From Gekko japonicus (Eukaryota), in NCBI RefSeq assembly GCF_001447785.1, contig NW_015161468.1, positions 67,971-131,970 on the forward strand: a stretch of 64,000 nt of DNA. Reading direction: 5' to 3'. The notes under the pieces are model-generated. The model saw only the letters and a program-made list of their open reading frames with translations, did not search any database and was not told where the DNA came from. Positions within the stretch are counted from its first letter, which is position 1. Every line of letters begins with the position of its first letter. A program made the translations under genes and the position numbers. Shown here in pieces: positions 12,606 through 25,806 of this stretch.

Positions 12606-15600
12606 GATTGACATAACTAAGGAACATTACAAGGTGGGAATCTACGAGACCCCTGGTCCAGCCCCATTCATACGTCATGATTACATAGTGCATAGACAGG
12701 TTAATACAGTGCAATTAGGATGGTGTGAATGTTATCACTTGAGTCTCTCTGCAAGGCCATGAGAATGAGAAACAGTTCCCTCTGGCCTTTGCAGAGGATG
12801 CTTCCTTTTCACAGAAGTACAAGCGCAGCTAATCTAAGGTTCACACAGACATGTCTCAATCGCCCCGTCTCTCAGGCATGTCAGAGGAGGACCTTGCAGA
12901 CAGATTGATTCAATGCCAGCAGGTGCTAGACGGGATCTTGGGAACTACAAGCGGGGAGGGAGAACAGCTGGCGAAGCAATAACAGAGCATACATCAGAGA
13001 ACCATAGTCACAAGTATGATGGCCCGATGACCCGGGCAAGGGTCCGATTCTGACAGATGGTGAAAATAATTGCCAAAATAACTCTCTCTCTTCATTAAAC
13101 CTTTGGTTTAAGATAAATAAAAACTCCTGCAGTCTTGCATCGTTAATTTTGCAGGACAATTTTTAATCAAGTTGGCTCAAAGCAGTTCAAACCAAGTTTA
13201 GCTCAGTTAGGGTTTTCCCCTGATTCAGTTCTTCATCTGGGTTGTGATACAGCTAGCCAGCTCCTCGGGCAGAGAGGGGAAGACACAGAACACCAATCCA
13301 ACATTTCCAAAGCACCAAATGTTATTGTTGCTCCTCAAAGACGCTACCTTCTCCATCCGGCCTCTTACTTATATAGCTGTTCCAGTTAGCAGCAGAGGAG
13401 AGGACCCGAAGCAACGGTTTTAAATTACATGCAGAAAGGGTATCGGCTAGATATTTGGAGACACTTTTTCACGGTCAGAGTGGCTCAAAGGTGGAATCAG
13501 CTGCCCAGGGAGGTGGTTGGCTCCCCTTCACTGACAGCTTTCAAAAAGAGGCTGGGCAAATAGGTGTCAGGGATGCTCTAGGCTGGTCCTGCATGGGGCA
13601 GGGGGTTGGACTAGATGGTCTCTATGCGCACCTCCAGCTCTGTGAATCTATGGTTCTGTTAGAAGATGAGGTTCCGGAGTCTGAGTCCCCTTCCTGAGCA
13701 CTGAGAAGTGGGCTGTGCTCCCTCTGGGACAACCTCCCCTCTCTGCCTTTTTTTGGTTTTGTTTTGGAGAGAGATGTGCTGGAGGTTGAATCCCCTCCCC
13801 CACGCCTCCTATTCTCTTTTGCTGCCTCCCCTGTGATGGAAACAGGGGTGTTGTGCTAGGCCCCTGCTTGGGCCCTGTACCTCTCTCTGAATTTTCTTCT
13901 CATTTCGGCTTTGAGCCAGGAGAGGAGATTTGCTTTGGTGTCCTCTCCAGATAGGTCAGTATCCCAATCTTCCATCGGGGAATCTTGTGTAGAGAGAGGG
14001 GTGTAGGTACCCTAGGGGGATCAATGTCACCGTCCAGGCTGAGTGGAACATGGGAACCAGCCATGCCTGCTTTCTTTGCCATCCCTGGAGTCTCTCAACT
14101 GAGGGGGCAGATACAGAGAGAGAGGGACGGGAGCACGGAAGGCAATGTGTGGGGCAGACCACTTGTTCGCCATCCTTTCCCTGTTCCTCACGCCCCCCTA
14201 GCAGCTGCCCCGACTCCCTGCCAGGACAACCCGAAGGACTCCATCTGCAGCTGGTCAATGAATGGACAATGTCTATCATAAGTCTCCTCCTTTAGACAAG
14301 CCACCGGCACTAGGACGGCCCATAGTAATTACGTGGCGGACAAAGGAGAAAAGACAACTTTAAGTATAATAAAGTTTATTAGGTCTAAGGGCAGGAACTT
14401 TGTTCCAGCTGCCCTTAAACTTTTCAAACTTAAGATTATACCACATTTACTGTACGGAACCCTTCTAGGCCCTTCTGAGTCTCACTTTCTGCCATTAGAA
14501 TGGGCTCAACCTAAATTTCTAAGGGCAGTACTATGGGTCCCAAAATCTGTCTCAAATTCCATGATTCGATTAGAAAGCTGACAGATTGAAAGAACTAAGG
14601 AACATTACAAGATGGGAATCGACAAGACCCCTGGTCCAGCCCCATTCATACGTCATGATTACAAAGTGCATAGACAGGTTAATATGTGCAATTAAAATGG
14701 TGTGGATGTTATCACTTGAGACTCTCCCCAAGGCCATGAGAATGAGAAACAGTGAAAGTTCCCTCTGGCCTTTGCGGAGGATGCTTCCTTTCACAGAAGT
14801 ACAAGCGCAGCTAATCTACGGTTCACACAGACATGTCTCACTCGCCCCCTCTCCCATGAATGTCAGAGGAGGACCTTGCAGGCAGATTGATTCAATGCCA
14901 GCAGGTGCTAGACGGGAGCTTGGGAACTACAAGCGGGGAGGGAGAACAGCTGGCGAAGCAATAACAGAGCATAGCTATGTACATCAGAGAACCATAGTCA
15001 CAAGTATGATGGCCCGATGACCCGGGCAAGGGTCCGATTCTGAAAGATGGTGAAAATAACTGCCAGAATAACTCTCTCTCTTCATTTAACCTTTGGTTTA
15101 AGATAAATAAAAACTCCTGCGGTCTTGCATCGTTAATTTTGCAAGACAATTTTTAATCAAGTTGGCTCAAAGCAGTTCAAACCAAGTTAGCTCAGTTAGG
15201 GTTTTCCCCTGATTCAGTTCTTCATCTGGGTTGTGATACAGCTAGCCAGCTCCTCGGGCAGAGAGTGGAAGACACAGAACACCAATCCAACATTTCCAAA
15301 GCACCAAATTTTATCGTTGCCCCTCAAAGACGCTACCTTCTCCAACCGGCCTCTTACTTATATAGCTGTTCCAGTTGGCAGCAGAGGAGAGGACCCGAAG
15401 CAACGGATTTAAATTACATGCAGAAAGGTATCGGCTAGATATTAGGAGACACTTTTTCACGGTCAGAGTGGTTCAACGGTGGAATCAGCTGCCCAGGGAG
15501 GTGGTGAGCTCCCCTTCACTGACAGCTTTCAAGAAGATGCTGGACGAATAGTTGTCAGGGATGCTCGAGGTTGGTCCTGCATGGGGCAGGGGGTTGGACT

Positions 15601-16232
15601 AGATGGTCTCTATAGCCCCTTCCCACTCTGTGATTCTATGGTTCTGTTAGAAGATGAGGTTCCGGAGTCTGAGTCCCCTTCCTGAGCACTGAGAAGTGGG
15701 CTGTGCTCCCCCAGGGACAACCTCCCCTCTCTGCCTTTTTTTGGTTTTGTTTTGGAGAGAGATGTGCTGGAGGTTGAATCCCCCCCCCACTCCTCCTATT
15801 CTCTTTTGCTGCCTCCCCTGTGATGGAAACAGGGGTGTCGTGCTAGGCCCCTGCTTGGGCCCTCTACCATCTCTCTGAATTTTCTTCCCATTTCGGCTTT
15901 GAGCCAGGAGAGATTTGCTTTGGTGTCCTCTCCAGATAGGTCAGTATTTCAATCTTCCATCGGGGAATCTTGTGTAAGAGGGATGTAGGTACCCTAGGAG
16001 GATCAATGTCACCGTTCATGCTGAGTGGAACATGGGAACCAGCCAAGCCTGCTTTCTTTGCCATCCCTGGAGTCTCTCAACTGAGGGGGGCAGATACGGA
16101 GAGAGAGGGACGGGAGCACGGAAGGCAATGCGTGGGGGAGACCACTTGGTCGCCATCCTTTCCCTGTTCCTCACATCCCCCTAGCAGCTGCCCGCAACTC
16201 CCCGCCAGGACAACCCGAAGGACTCCATCTGC
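12272..16232. repeat. ~1.98-kb tandem segmental duplication (12272-14249 and 14250-16232)
   Basis: Both units start gctggtcaatgaatggacaatgtctatca and end aaggactccatctgc. They are collinear with scattered substitutions and indels. Confidence 0.95.
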
Positions 16233-16495
16233 CCCCAGAGGTCAGGAGGGTCCACCGGGTAGAGCAAGGACTCCCTCCCCCCCTCTAATCCTCTCTGCTG
16301 CCCCAGGGGTGGGGGCGCCTCTGAAGGCCTGAGCCCTAGGCTGCCATCGCCACCCCCCCCATAGCCTGGGGGTTTCCTGCTGTGGTTCAGGCGGCTGCTC
16401 CTTTGTTTCTCTGAGACCAGCTTCCAGGGAGGCTGCCTGGTCTTCAGCGCCAGCCCGCACCTGCTGCAGCCGAGGGGGAGGGAAGGGCCCTCCTT

Positions 16496-16787
16496 CCAGT
16501 TTGGTGTAGTGGTGAAGTGCGCGGACTCTAATCTGGGAGAACCGGGTTTGATTCCCCACTCCTCCACTTGCACCTGCTTATGTGACCTTGGGTCAGTCAC
16601 AAGCTCTGGCACAGCTGTCCTTGAAAAAGAGCCGTTTGTGTCAGAGCTCTCTCAGCCCCACCTGCCTCACAGGATGTCTGTCTGTTGTGGGGAGGGGAAG
16701 GGAAAGGAGTTTGTAAGCCGCTCTGAGACTCCAAGTGAAGGGCGGGGTATAAATCCAATCTCCTCCTCCTCTCCTCCTCCTCCTCCT
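16496..16787 (+). mobile_element. tRNA-derived SINE (Squam3/MIR-like)
   Basis: Box A tggtgtagtgg, box B-like ggtttgattccc, L2-like tail gtaagccgctctgag...gggtataaat, then (cct)n. Confidence 0.8.
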
Positions 16788-19165
16788 GTGGCTAGAAGAG
16801 CCTGGCAGGAGTCTGCAGTCCAGCGGCAGTTGCAGGGGTTCTCCTTGTGCTGCCAGCTCCACCACTCTGAATGCCGCCAGCTGAAGCCTGGAGATAACGC
16901 CCGGCGGGGCCCGCGGCCTTGCTGTGCAGGCCCTGATGTACACTGCCACCGGCCACGGCTCATGCTCCGGGCCTGGGAGAGCTTGGGCTCCTGCACGGCT
17001 GCCGGGAGCCCGCCAGTTCTGTGGCTCCATACGGCCCCACTGGCACGGCCCAGCTGGAGCCTGAGGCCTCACCGCCCCAGCTCCAAGGGTTCTGCCACCT
17101 TCCACGGCCTGGGGGAGCTCCGCCACGGCTGCTTGGGGACCTCCCAGTGCCGCTGCTCCATGTGACTTCGGCACCACCGTGGCCCTGAAGCTTCTGCCGC
17201 CAAGGGCGGTGCGACAACCAAGGGGGATGTTGGTAGATCCTGGACCTTCCCTCCTCCCTGGCCTCCCCCCCCGTTCCTTCTACAAGCTGGATCACCGCGC
17301 TCCCTGGAACACCGGCAGACCTTCCTGCTTCTCCAGCAGGGGACACCTGGGAGTTCCCAGGGGACAGGCCCCTCCCCCAGCTGGACTGACTGAGAGAGAC
17401 CAACCCTGCTTAGGGGGAGGAGCCATATCCCAACAGTGAGGACTGCCCCACTCCTAGGACCACCGGGGAAAGGAGTTCCGAGGGAGACCCCCCCCTTGGG
17501 GAAAAGCCCTAGCCGAGCCCCAAGGTCTAGACGGACCCAGCTCTTTTACGTCTTTCCAGGATGCGGAGGACCTTAGGAAGAAGCTTAGAGAAGACCTCCA
17601 GTAGAAAGAGACGGGTCTGCATGGTGGTTGCTAACTGGTTTTCCTCGTCAGGTAGTTCTCCCTCCTCTCTTGGGGAAGAAGAGTCTGGGGACTCCTGGTC
17701 CATTAGAGAGCTTGGATCTCTAGAAGAGTCCTTGGATGGAACCTCCTTTTGTTTCTCAGGGCAAGGGGGGGGGAACAAGGGGCCCTGCTTTCCTCCCTCT
17801 CCCCAGACCCAGAACTGGAGGACGAAGGAGGCCTAACCCTCTCTGAGGGCCTGGCAGAATCACAGCAGCTGGAGGCAGCCCCTGAAAGGGAGGCTCCTAT
17901 CCTCCTTTGCACCTTTCCCTTGAGCCAGGCCAGCAGGTTGGCATGAACATTATCCCCCGAGAGACGCAGAGCAGGGGCTCCCACCATCTTTGAGCCACGG
18001 GATGAGCCGTGGGCTGAGGCAGGAGAGGGGGAGGGAGGGAGGGAGGTCCGAGCCAGGGGCCAGCACCACCTGTGGGGCACGCTCAGAAGAGCCTGCTCGC
18101 AAAAAACAACAATGGGGGGGGGCAGTTAGGGAGACTACCCCCTGCTCACCCCCGAAGCCGGTTTGCCCACCTTACTTTGAAATCAAAGGGATCATCCAGA
18201 AGCGAAGAGGCCTGATGCTGCGCCAAAAATCCAAATGGCCCCGGGAGGAGGAGAGCACAACTCCTGCCGCGCCGCCACTCCGCAGGCCTCGGAGCAACTG
18301 GGGATGCTCCCAATCCGAAGGCTAGAGTACCCATGGATGTTCCCCACTCCCGAGGGGTTCTCCCTTCTTCCTTGGGGGGGAGGAGGAAGGGGGTGTGTGT
18401 CGTGCCTGGGTGATCTACCCTCACTGGCAGCTCCAGTGGGCTGCAGGAGCTCCTACGATCCGGCTTCCTAAGTAGAAGCCCCCACGACGCTGTGCAGCGT
18501 GATCTCCCCCACGCCTCTAGAGGCAAGGAAACCCCTGCTCAGCTGGCCCGCCCTGTGTCATGCGGCAGCTCTCTGCCACTTTCAGTCCCCAGCCCTACCG
18601 CTCCAGAAAGGGGAGGGGGGAGAGTGTGTGGAGAAAAGACAAACAGAGGCTGTTGGCTAGAGGGCTAGAGGTTCAAGACTGGGAGCTGGGGAGGGAAGGG
18701 ATCAAAATTGCCAGTGACCCTGCCTCCCTCCAGGGAGCTTCCTACAAATCTAGAATGCCCCCCACCCTAGGACCACCGGCCAATGATCGTTTTGTATGGT
18801 CAGAACAGCTGAGATGACTCCGCCTTAGTTCTACATTGACCAGCAAGGAGCTCCACCCCAAAACACCTTTTTCCTTCTAAGTCCCCAAAGCCTCTGAGCT
18901 GGTGAGCTTTGGCACCTCATTTTAGGGCACGGCCGGTACCCACAAGAGGGGGGGGCTTCCTGCCTAGAATGCTGCTGGGACCGGGACAGTTTCCAACGCA
19001 AGGAAGAGGGATGCTGGCCTGCGCCACTCGCTCTGCCTTCCGGACATCACCCTTTCCGCACAGGGCTGAGCGTCTCCTTTCCCCCCTCCACGGGCTGAGG
19101 GCAGGTGCTCTTAGCTGTGGGCCCCCCCGGTCCCTCCCCCCTCCCCCTGCTGGAGGGAGACTCAC

Positions 19166-19359
19166 ATCTCTCAGGTTGAAGGTGATCTCCAGGTTGCTCC
19201 AGAAGTTGTCGGAGAAGGCTGGGTACATATCCAAGACTTCCAGGAGGTCCTCCCGCTGGATCTTGTGCAGATCGCAATAGGTGAGGGCTCGCACATCCGC
19301 ATTGGATTTGCCAGGCCTGGCATAGAGGCTGATGGGCTCTCCAAAGATGTCATTTTTCC
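19166..19359 (-). CDS. KCNH6: KCNH6 exon 9 (CNBHD C-terminal part)
   Basis: (G)[64 protein letters not shown]. 194 bp, phase 1-0, tgcag / gtgagt. Confidence 0.96.
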
Positions 19360-20174
19360 CTGCACCAGGAAGAAACCTCGTTAGAGGGCGGCGGCCCTCC
19401 CTGCCCTTGGAAGGCAGCCACACCCACAGACACCCACCCACGGCTCAGGAGGCTCTCTCGGACCGCAGGAGCGCTGAAGGAGGCTGCTCGCCTTCTGGAC
19501 ACAGCAGCAGAATACCGAGAGGCCGGGAGCACCCACGGACTGGGCCAGGGCACCTTGGGAAGCCTGCCCGTCACCGGAGGTGTCGCGGGGCCCTTGCTGC
19601 CCCCTCCCTCTGGCCGTGCTACCTGGCCCCGCCCTTGAACACTGAACGGGCCTCCTCGGGGGCATTGCTCTTTCCGGCTAGCAAGAGCCACCAACTCTCC
19701 CCAACCGCAAAAAGAAGGCGGAGCAAGCAGCCTAACGGGAGGCTCCCGTCTCCCTTGCCTGACTTCTGGTTGCTGGGACAGGCGGCGGGGGCGGGGGGAG
19801 CACCACAGGGCTCCTGCCAGCAGGAGACAGTACAGTGGTGGTGGGGAGAGAGGGGGGGCAACTCTTCTGCTTGAGGACAACTCCTCCAGGCGGGACTCCC
19901 CAGAATTACAGCTCATCTCCAGAGACTCCAGATGCTTTGGTGGGTGGGCTCCACGGCCTTGCGCCCCACTGAGGTCCCTGCCCTCCCCAGGCTCCATCCC
20001 CAAATCTCCCGGAGTTCCCCAACCTGGATCTGGCAACCCTCCCCCCTCTTCCCTGCCAGTGGCTGAGGCAGACCTGGCAACCCGGGGGCAGCTGCGACTT
20101 GCCACGAGCAAACTGCCCCCCTGCCCCCCCGATCGCCCGCCCCCCTCCTGCGGCAGAGGGATTCCTTCTTCCAC

Positions 20175-20427
20175 CTAGGATGGCCACGACAATATCCTCC
20201 CTGAGGATCTCGATGGAGCCCCGTGAGATGAAGTAGAGGGTGGTGAGGACGTCTCCGTAGTGCACGAGGGTGTCGCCGGGAGGCGCGTGAGTGGTCTTGA
20301 ACTTCATGGCCAAGGCCCGCAGGCAGCCCTTGCTGGCTCCTCGGAAGGCCTTGCAGTTCTGGAGGAGGGTGCGGTTGAGGTGGAGGCAGATGTCCGCCTG
20401 CAGGCAGTCCGGGAAGCCTTTCAGCAC
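20175..20427 (-). CDS. KCNH6: KCNH6 exon 8 (C-linker/CNBHD)
   Basis: [28 protein letters not shown]...[18 protein letters not shown](G). 253 bp, phase 0-1, donor G|gtggaa. Confidence 0.96.
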
Positions 20428-20954
20428 CTGGGCGGGGAGAAGAGGAGAGCCGTTGGCCCCAGGGCTCCATGCCGCCCCCGCAGTCCGTACCTCGAGAGAA
20501 CAGCCCCGGACTCCCGCTCGGGCAATGCCCATCGGTAACAAACGATGGCAAAGTGTTTTGGATACGAGGGAACGTCTCCCAGAGGCTGTGCCAGGGCCTC
20601 CTTCGCTGTGGTGCCTGTCCCCCACTCCCTCCCCAAGACTGCCAAACTGGGCAACCAACGATTGTCTTTAACGTGCAAGCCAAGGAGAGAGGGTCGACTG
20701 GGGAGCCCCAGCCCCCCCTTCCTTTTGGGAAGGATGCCGGCCGGTCCGAGGGAGGGGAAGGCGCCACACAGACAGAGGATGCCAGTTCCTGTGTGGCAGT
20801 CTGGGCAGGGCGAAGCTGGCTGGTCTATGGCAGGTCGTCCCCCCCCCCCCTATAAGCTGCTCCCAGGAGGGTGTGACATCCTTCCGCAGCGTGGCCAACT
20901 TAACTGTTACAAAGACACCTGTGCGGTTCACCTACCCTGCTCTGAAAGGGGGGG

Positions 20955-20993
<39 letters not shown>

Positions 20994-21890
20994 ATTCAGG
21001 AGGCGTGGCTTTGTTAGCAAAAGAGGCAGGCTCCTCCCACTCCCTCCTCTCCCAGCCAGGAGCCCTTCGCACCTCGTCCCTTGCCGGACCCTGTTGCTGC
21101 ACAGGAGACCAATTGCTTTTGGCTCTTTTGGTCTGAATGACCAAGAAGGGAAACGGCAGTGTCTTCAAAGGTACTTCATCACCTCCTGACACACAAAGTC
21201 ACCATTCTCCTGACTTCATCCTTCAGTCTGGATAAATTCCGCTTCAAGAGAGAACCCACCGGGGACGATCTACTGGAAGACGAGCGGACCACCCCTCCCT
21301 CACCCCTCCTCCTGCTTCCTTTCTCAATCACTTTTCCAAGAGGCCGTCTTGAAGGACAATGGGAAATGTTTCTCCCAAAGAGCAACAATCATGACTGAGG
21401 GCCTCTTTCCCCTGCAAAGGCAGCTTTGGGCTTTGCAATTGATTTCTTCAGTCTCTTTTCCAGCACAGTAATTAAAATGGATTGAAGTTGATTCAGGCAC
21501 CATCCGGTCCCGCTTTTGCTTAGCAACCAGCCAGAGGGGAGGGAGAAAGGAATCGATTTCAGACACGCTCTCTCTCTTGCCCCAAGAAGAACCGAATCAG
21601 CCTCCCAATGACGACCCCTGGGCTTCCGCCTTGCAACCTGCTTGGCCCAGCCCGAGGGGCTCCAAGTGGGGCTTAGACCTCACGGTGCTCTGAATGGTGG
21701 GAAGCAGGGAGGGCTGGCTCAGGTTCTTCCGGTAGGGCTGCGTCCAAAGATACTTCCTGCCACCCCTCGTGCACCCTGAAGGGCAGACTGTGCCACTACA
21801 CTGCAATGCTTAAGCTCTACTGTGACTATTGTGAGGCCCCGTTTGAGCTTACAGGTGTCTGTGATTCCGGCCACCAGTGTGATCTCACAA

Positions 21891-22176
21891 GAGCCAGTTT
21901 GGTGTAGTGGTTAAGTGCCCGGACTCTAATCTGGGAGAACCGGGTTTGAGTCCCCACTCCTCCACTTGCACCTGCTGATGTGACCTTGGGTCAGTCACAA
22001 GCTCTGGCACAGCTGTCCTTGAAAAAGAGCAGTTTGTGTCAGAGTTCTCTCAGCCCCACCCACCTCACAGGGTGTCTGTTGTGGGGAGGGGAAGGGAGAG
22101 GGGTTTGTAAGCCGCTCTGAGACTCCAAGTGAAGGGCGGGGTATAAATCCAATCTCTTCTTCTTCTTCTTCTTCTT
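21891..22176 (+). mobile_element. tRNA-derived SINE, same family
   Basis: Near-identical to 16496-16787 and 26774-27056, with a (ctt)n tail. Confidence 0.8.
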
Positions 22177-22914
22177 CATTCAAGGCCGGATAGTGGCTGT
22201 GGTAACTGGGCACTTCAAAGGGGCCTGTGCTTAACAGAGCATCATGAGGGGAGGGGAAAAGAGGAGGGGAGGTGAAAAGAGGAGTGGAAGCCATGGACTT
22301 CTGGGAGACGCAAAGACCAGCGTTTTCTCAAGGACTCCCGAGAAGAAGACCGTCGGTTGGCCAAGAGAGACCATCTGATTCCGGGAGGGGGGGAAGGGAG
22401 AATAGGCGACAATGGAGGCCACAGGCTAGTGAGGGATACGCTTCGCTATGGCTGACTGCTGTGGGTGGAAGGCTACGATGCCACGGCCCCTTCTTGCTCG
22501 GGCTTCTGTGTTGTATCACCTTCTGGTGCTCCCAGGAGATTTGCCGTCTGCGATACAGATAGGCAGTGTGTTATTTTTCTTGTTACCTGGACCTGGTAAG
22601 ACTGTACATGATAGCAGATCATTTTTAGTGCTTTTAATAGATCTTTAATTACTTTTATACAGTCTGGTGTGCAGCCCTACCTCGAGGAACACGCAGGTGA
22701 AATTGGTTTGGGGAGTTGTTCAGGGGGAGCCGGGAACAACAACCCTGCAGGAACAGCAAGTGTCCCTGACATGCACGGATGCATTTAACATGTGGATCGA
22801 GCAGATCAGAAATGGCAATGCTATCTTGCGGTCACTTCGTCAGCTCCTGCGAAGACGCTGTGGCAATGGCTTCTGGCTTGAGTGGGGCTGCGGTACGTGT
22901 GTATTCAACGGCAA

Positions 22915-23380
22915 CGTTTATAAGATCATGCATGGGAAAGAGCAGGTAAAGAAAGAGGTACTTTTCTCCCTTTCTCACAATACAAGAACTCATGGGCACT
23001 CCATGAAACTGCAGAGCGGTCGGGTTAGAACGGATAAAAGGAAGTCCTTCTTCACCCAAAGAGTGATTAACACTTGGAATTCACTGCCACAGCAAGTGGT
23101 GGCGGCTACAAGCATGGACGGCCTCCAAAGGGAGTTAGGTAAGCATATGGAGCAGAGGTCCATCAGTGGCTATTAGCCACAGGATATAGATAGGGGCTCT
23201 GGGGCAAGTGATGCTCTGTCTTCTTGGTGCTTGGGGGGGTCAACAGTGGGAGGGCTTCTAATGTCCTGGCCCCACTAGTGGACCTCCTGATGGCACCTGG
23301 TATTTTCGGCACAAGAGTGTTGGACTGGATGGGCCTTTGGCCTGATCCAACACTGGCGTCTCTTATGTTCTTATGTTCTT
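22915..23380 (+). mobile_element. CR1 LINE 3' end
   Basis: VYKIMHG...THGHSMKL...RKSFFTQRVINTWNSLP, then UTR and (ttatgttc)n tail. Confidence 0.9.
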
Positions 23381-24188
23381 AACGTGGTTGTGCAGTGACA
23401 CAGCTTAGCCCAGCAATCACACAGGCCGGGTCATAGCACTGGCTCTAAGACGTGAACAAATGTAACCTAGTATTAGAAGATATCAGAATGGAAAAAGAGC
23501 CCTGCTGGATCAGACCAGAGACCGAAGCACAGCATTCTGTTCCCTGAATGGCCCATCGCCTGCCCCGAGGAAGCCCCCACCTCTTTGCATGCCTGCCAAG
23601 CAGGGATAACTCACAGCCAGTGGTTCAGAAGCAAAAAAAAACGAGCACAGTTCCCTAGTGTGGCCCCTGCCCCGCCATCCAATCAATCTTGTAGACGTTT
23701 TAATACCCACTGAGCCTCTTCCCTTTTACATGCTAACAAATATGTCTAATGGGAGTTGCCACGGCTGACCTCCAGGCCTCACGGGTGCTGCAGCCCCTGT
23801 CCTCCTTGGGCAAATAACTGCCTGTCGACTGATCAGAAATTCAGCAGGTGCAAAGAAGGATGCTCTCCCCTCCTGAGACGCAGGACAGCACCTGAGGCTC
23901 CCATCCAAACTCTACACTTTAAAGAGCCCTCTGCTTAGCGTGTCCGAACACCAGGAGGCAAAAGGAAAATGGGCTTCCGCTCAGCAGACTCGCCATCGTA
24001 CCAGAGGAACACCCCCGTGGAACACAGATGATTTTGCTTTTATCAATCATACCTTTCTGTCAGCACTTTCCAAAAGGTTACACTCAAGTAGAAGGCAAAG
24101 GAATGCGGCCGAGAGCTTTGCAGGGGTGCGACGTGAAAGCCAAAAGCAAGGCAGTGTCTCTCTTTCTCCCCCAGGGAATCTTCTGCTA

Positions 24189-24539
<351 letters not shown>

Positions 24540-25538
24540 CTACGTCCTGAATGCCCTCAGATGTATCAGGAGATGGTTTGTGAATACCAGGAAAGGCAGT
24601 AGCATTTTAAAAACCCAAAAACCCTGAAGCTCAGTCCTGTCTGAATGTCTGAAGGGCCCACCCCCCCCACCGCAGACAGACAAAGCAAGGAAGGGACTTG
24701 CTCGGTGGGGGGGGGGGCGCATCCTCCACACCCCTTCCCCTGTTTCCTTAAAAGAGACTGAAGGCTTAATAAGACTGCAGCTATCCTTAAAAGAGACTGA
24801 AGGCTTAATAAGTCCAAATTAGCCCGAACAAGACCTTCTGTGAAGGGGGTGGACATCAATGCCTCAGCTGCAGCAGGCTCTACAATTCAGCACTGCAGCC
24901 AGAAGCAAATTAACCATTTTACCAAACTTACACATTTTAAAACTGCATATTTTGCACCGTGCATCAGGACTGGTTTGTCATAGCTTGAGAAGCACAGACT
25001 GCCCCTGCTGAATGGGAAGAGAAAAGTGGGCTTGTGGGGCCTCCAATGTGAGCGCTCCACTGGGGGCGGACGGGGGGGGGGGAGGCTGAGGAAGAGATGA
25101 ACCGCCAGAGAAGATGTGGTCAGGGTAGGATCCTGCGCGCTCACAATCAATCACTGCCCGTGTGGGCAGGAGATCCACGCAGTCTCCTGCGGGAAGGAGA
25201 GGAAAGCCCTTTTCAGCCCGCAAAGAGGCTGGAGGCATTGCAGGAGCACAGGGACTGGTGGGACCAGAGGTGGAGGCACTGCAGCCCCTTTGGCTTCCGG
25301 CACAAAGGACCCTGCCCCGGGCGGCACTTGGGAGGTGGTGGATGCTCCTTTGCTGGATGTTTTCAAGTGGAGGCTGGACGACCCTCTTTCGGGTATGTTG
25401 TAGGGGCTATTTTTCGGCTATGCTCCTGCAGAGTGCAGGGGGTTGGACTAGGTGACCTGCAAGGTACCTTCCCACTCTAACATTCTATGATATTTTAGTA
25501 TCTTACTATTGGCTGAGTCAGTGCAAACCTAACCTAAG

Positions 25539-25806
25539 CCAGTTTGGTGTAGTGGTTGAGTGCACGGACTCTAATCTGGGAGAACCGGGTTTGATTCCCC
25601 ACTCCTCCACTCACAGCTGCTGGATGACCTTGGGCAAGCCATAGTTCTGTCAGAGCTGTTCTTGAAAAAGAGCAGTTTCTGTCAAGAGCTCTCTCGAGCC
25701 CGCCTACCTCCCAGGGTGTTTGTTGTGGGGAGGGGAAGGGAGAGGAGTTTGTCAGCCGCTCTGAGACTTCGAGTCGACTCCGGGGTAGAAATCCAACCTC
25801 TTCTTC
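25539..25806 (+). mobile_element. tRNA-derived SINE, diverged copy
   Basis: Same head (ccagtttggtgtagtgg...gggtttgattcccc) and body as the other copies. Confidence 0.75.

Larger units (their letters stand above)
7216..18780 (-). mobile_element. Degraded DIRS1-like tyrosine-recombinase retrotransposon remnant with nested insertions
   Basis: Inverted ~110-130-bp termini (7256-7385 vs 18675-18780). An internal complementary region at 7576-7650 matches both ends. Gag-like remnants (EEGELPDEE...RLFLLEVFSKLLPKVL) at 17530-18080. Confidence 0.65.

Noticed and set aside
16800-20900. Numerous overlapping GC-rich ORFs on both strands
   Set aside because: They are low-complexity, antisense to exons or TE-derived, with no recognisable domains.
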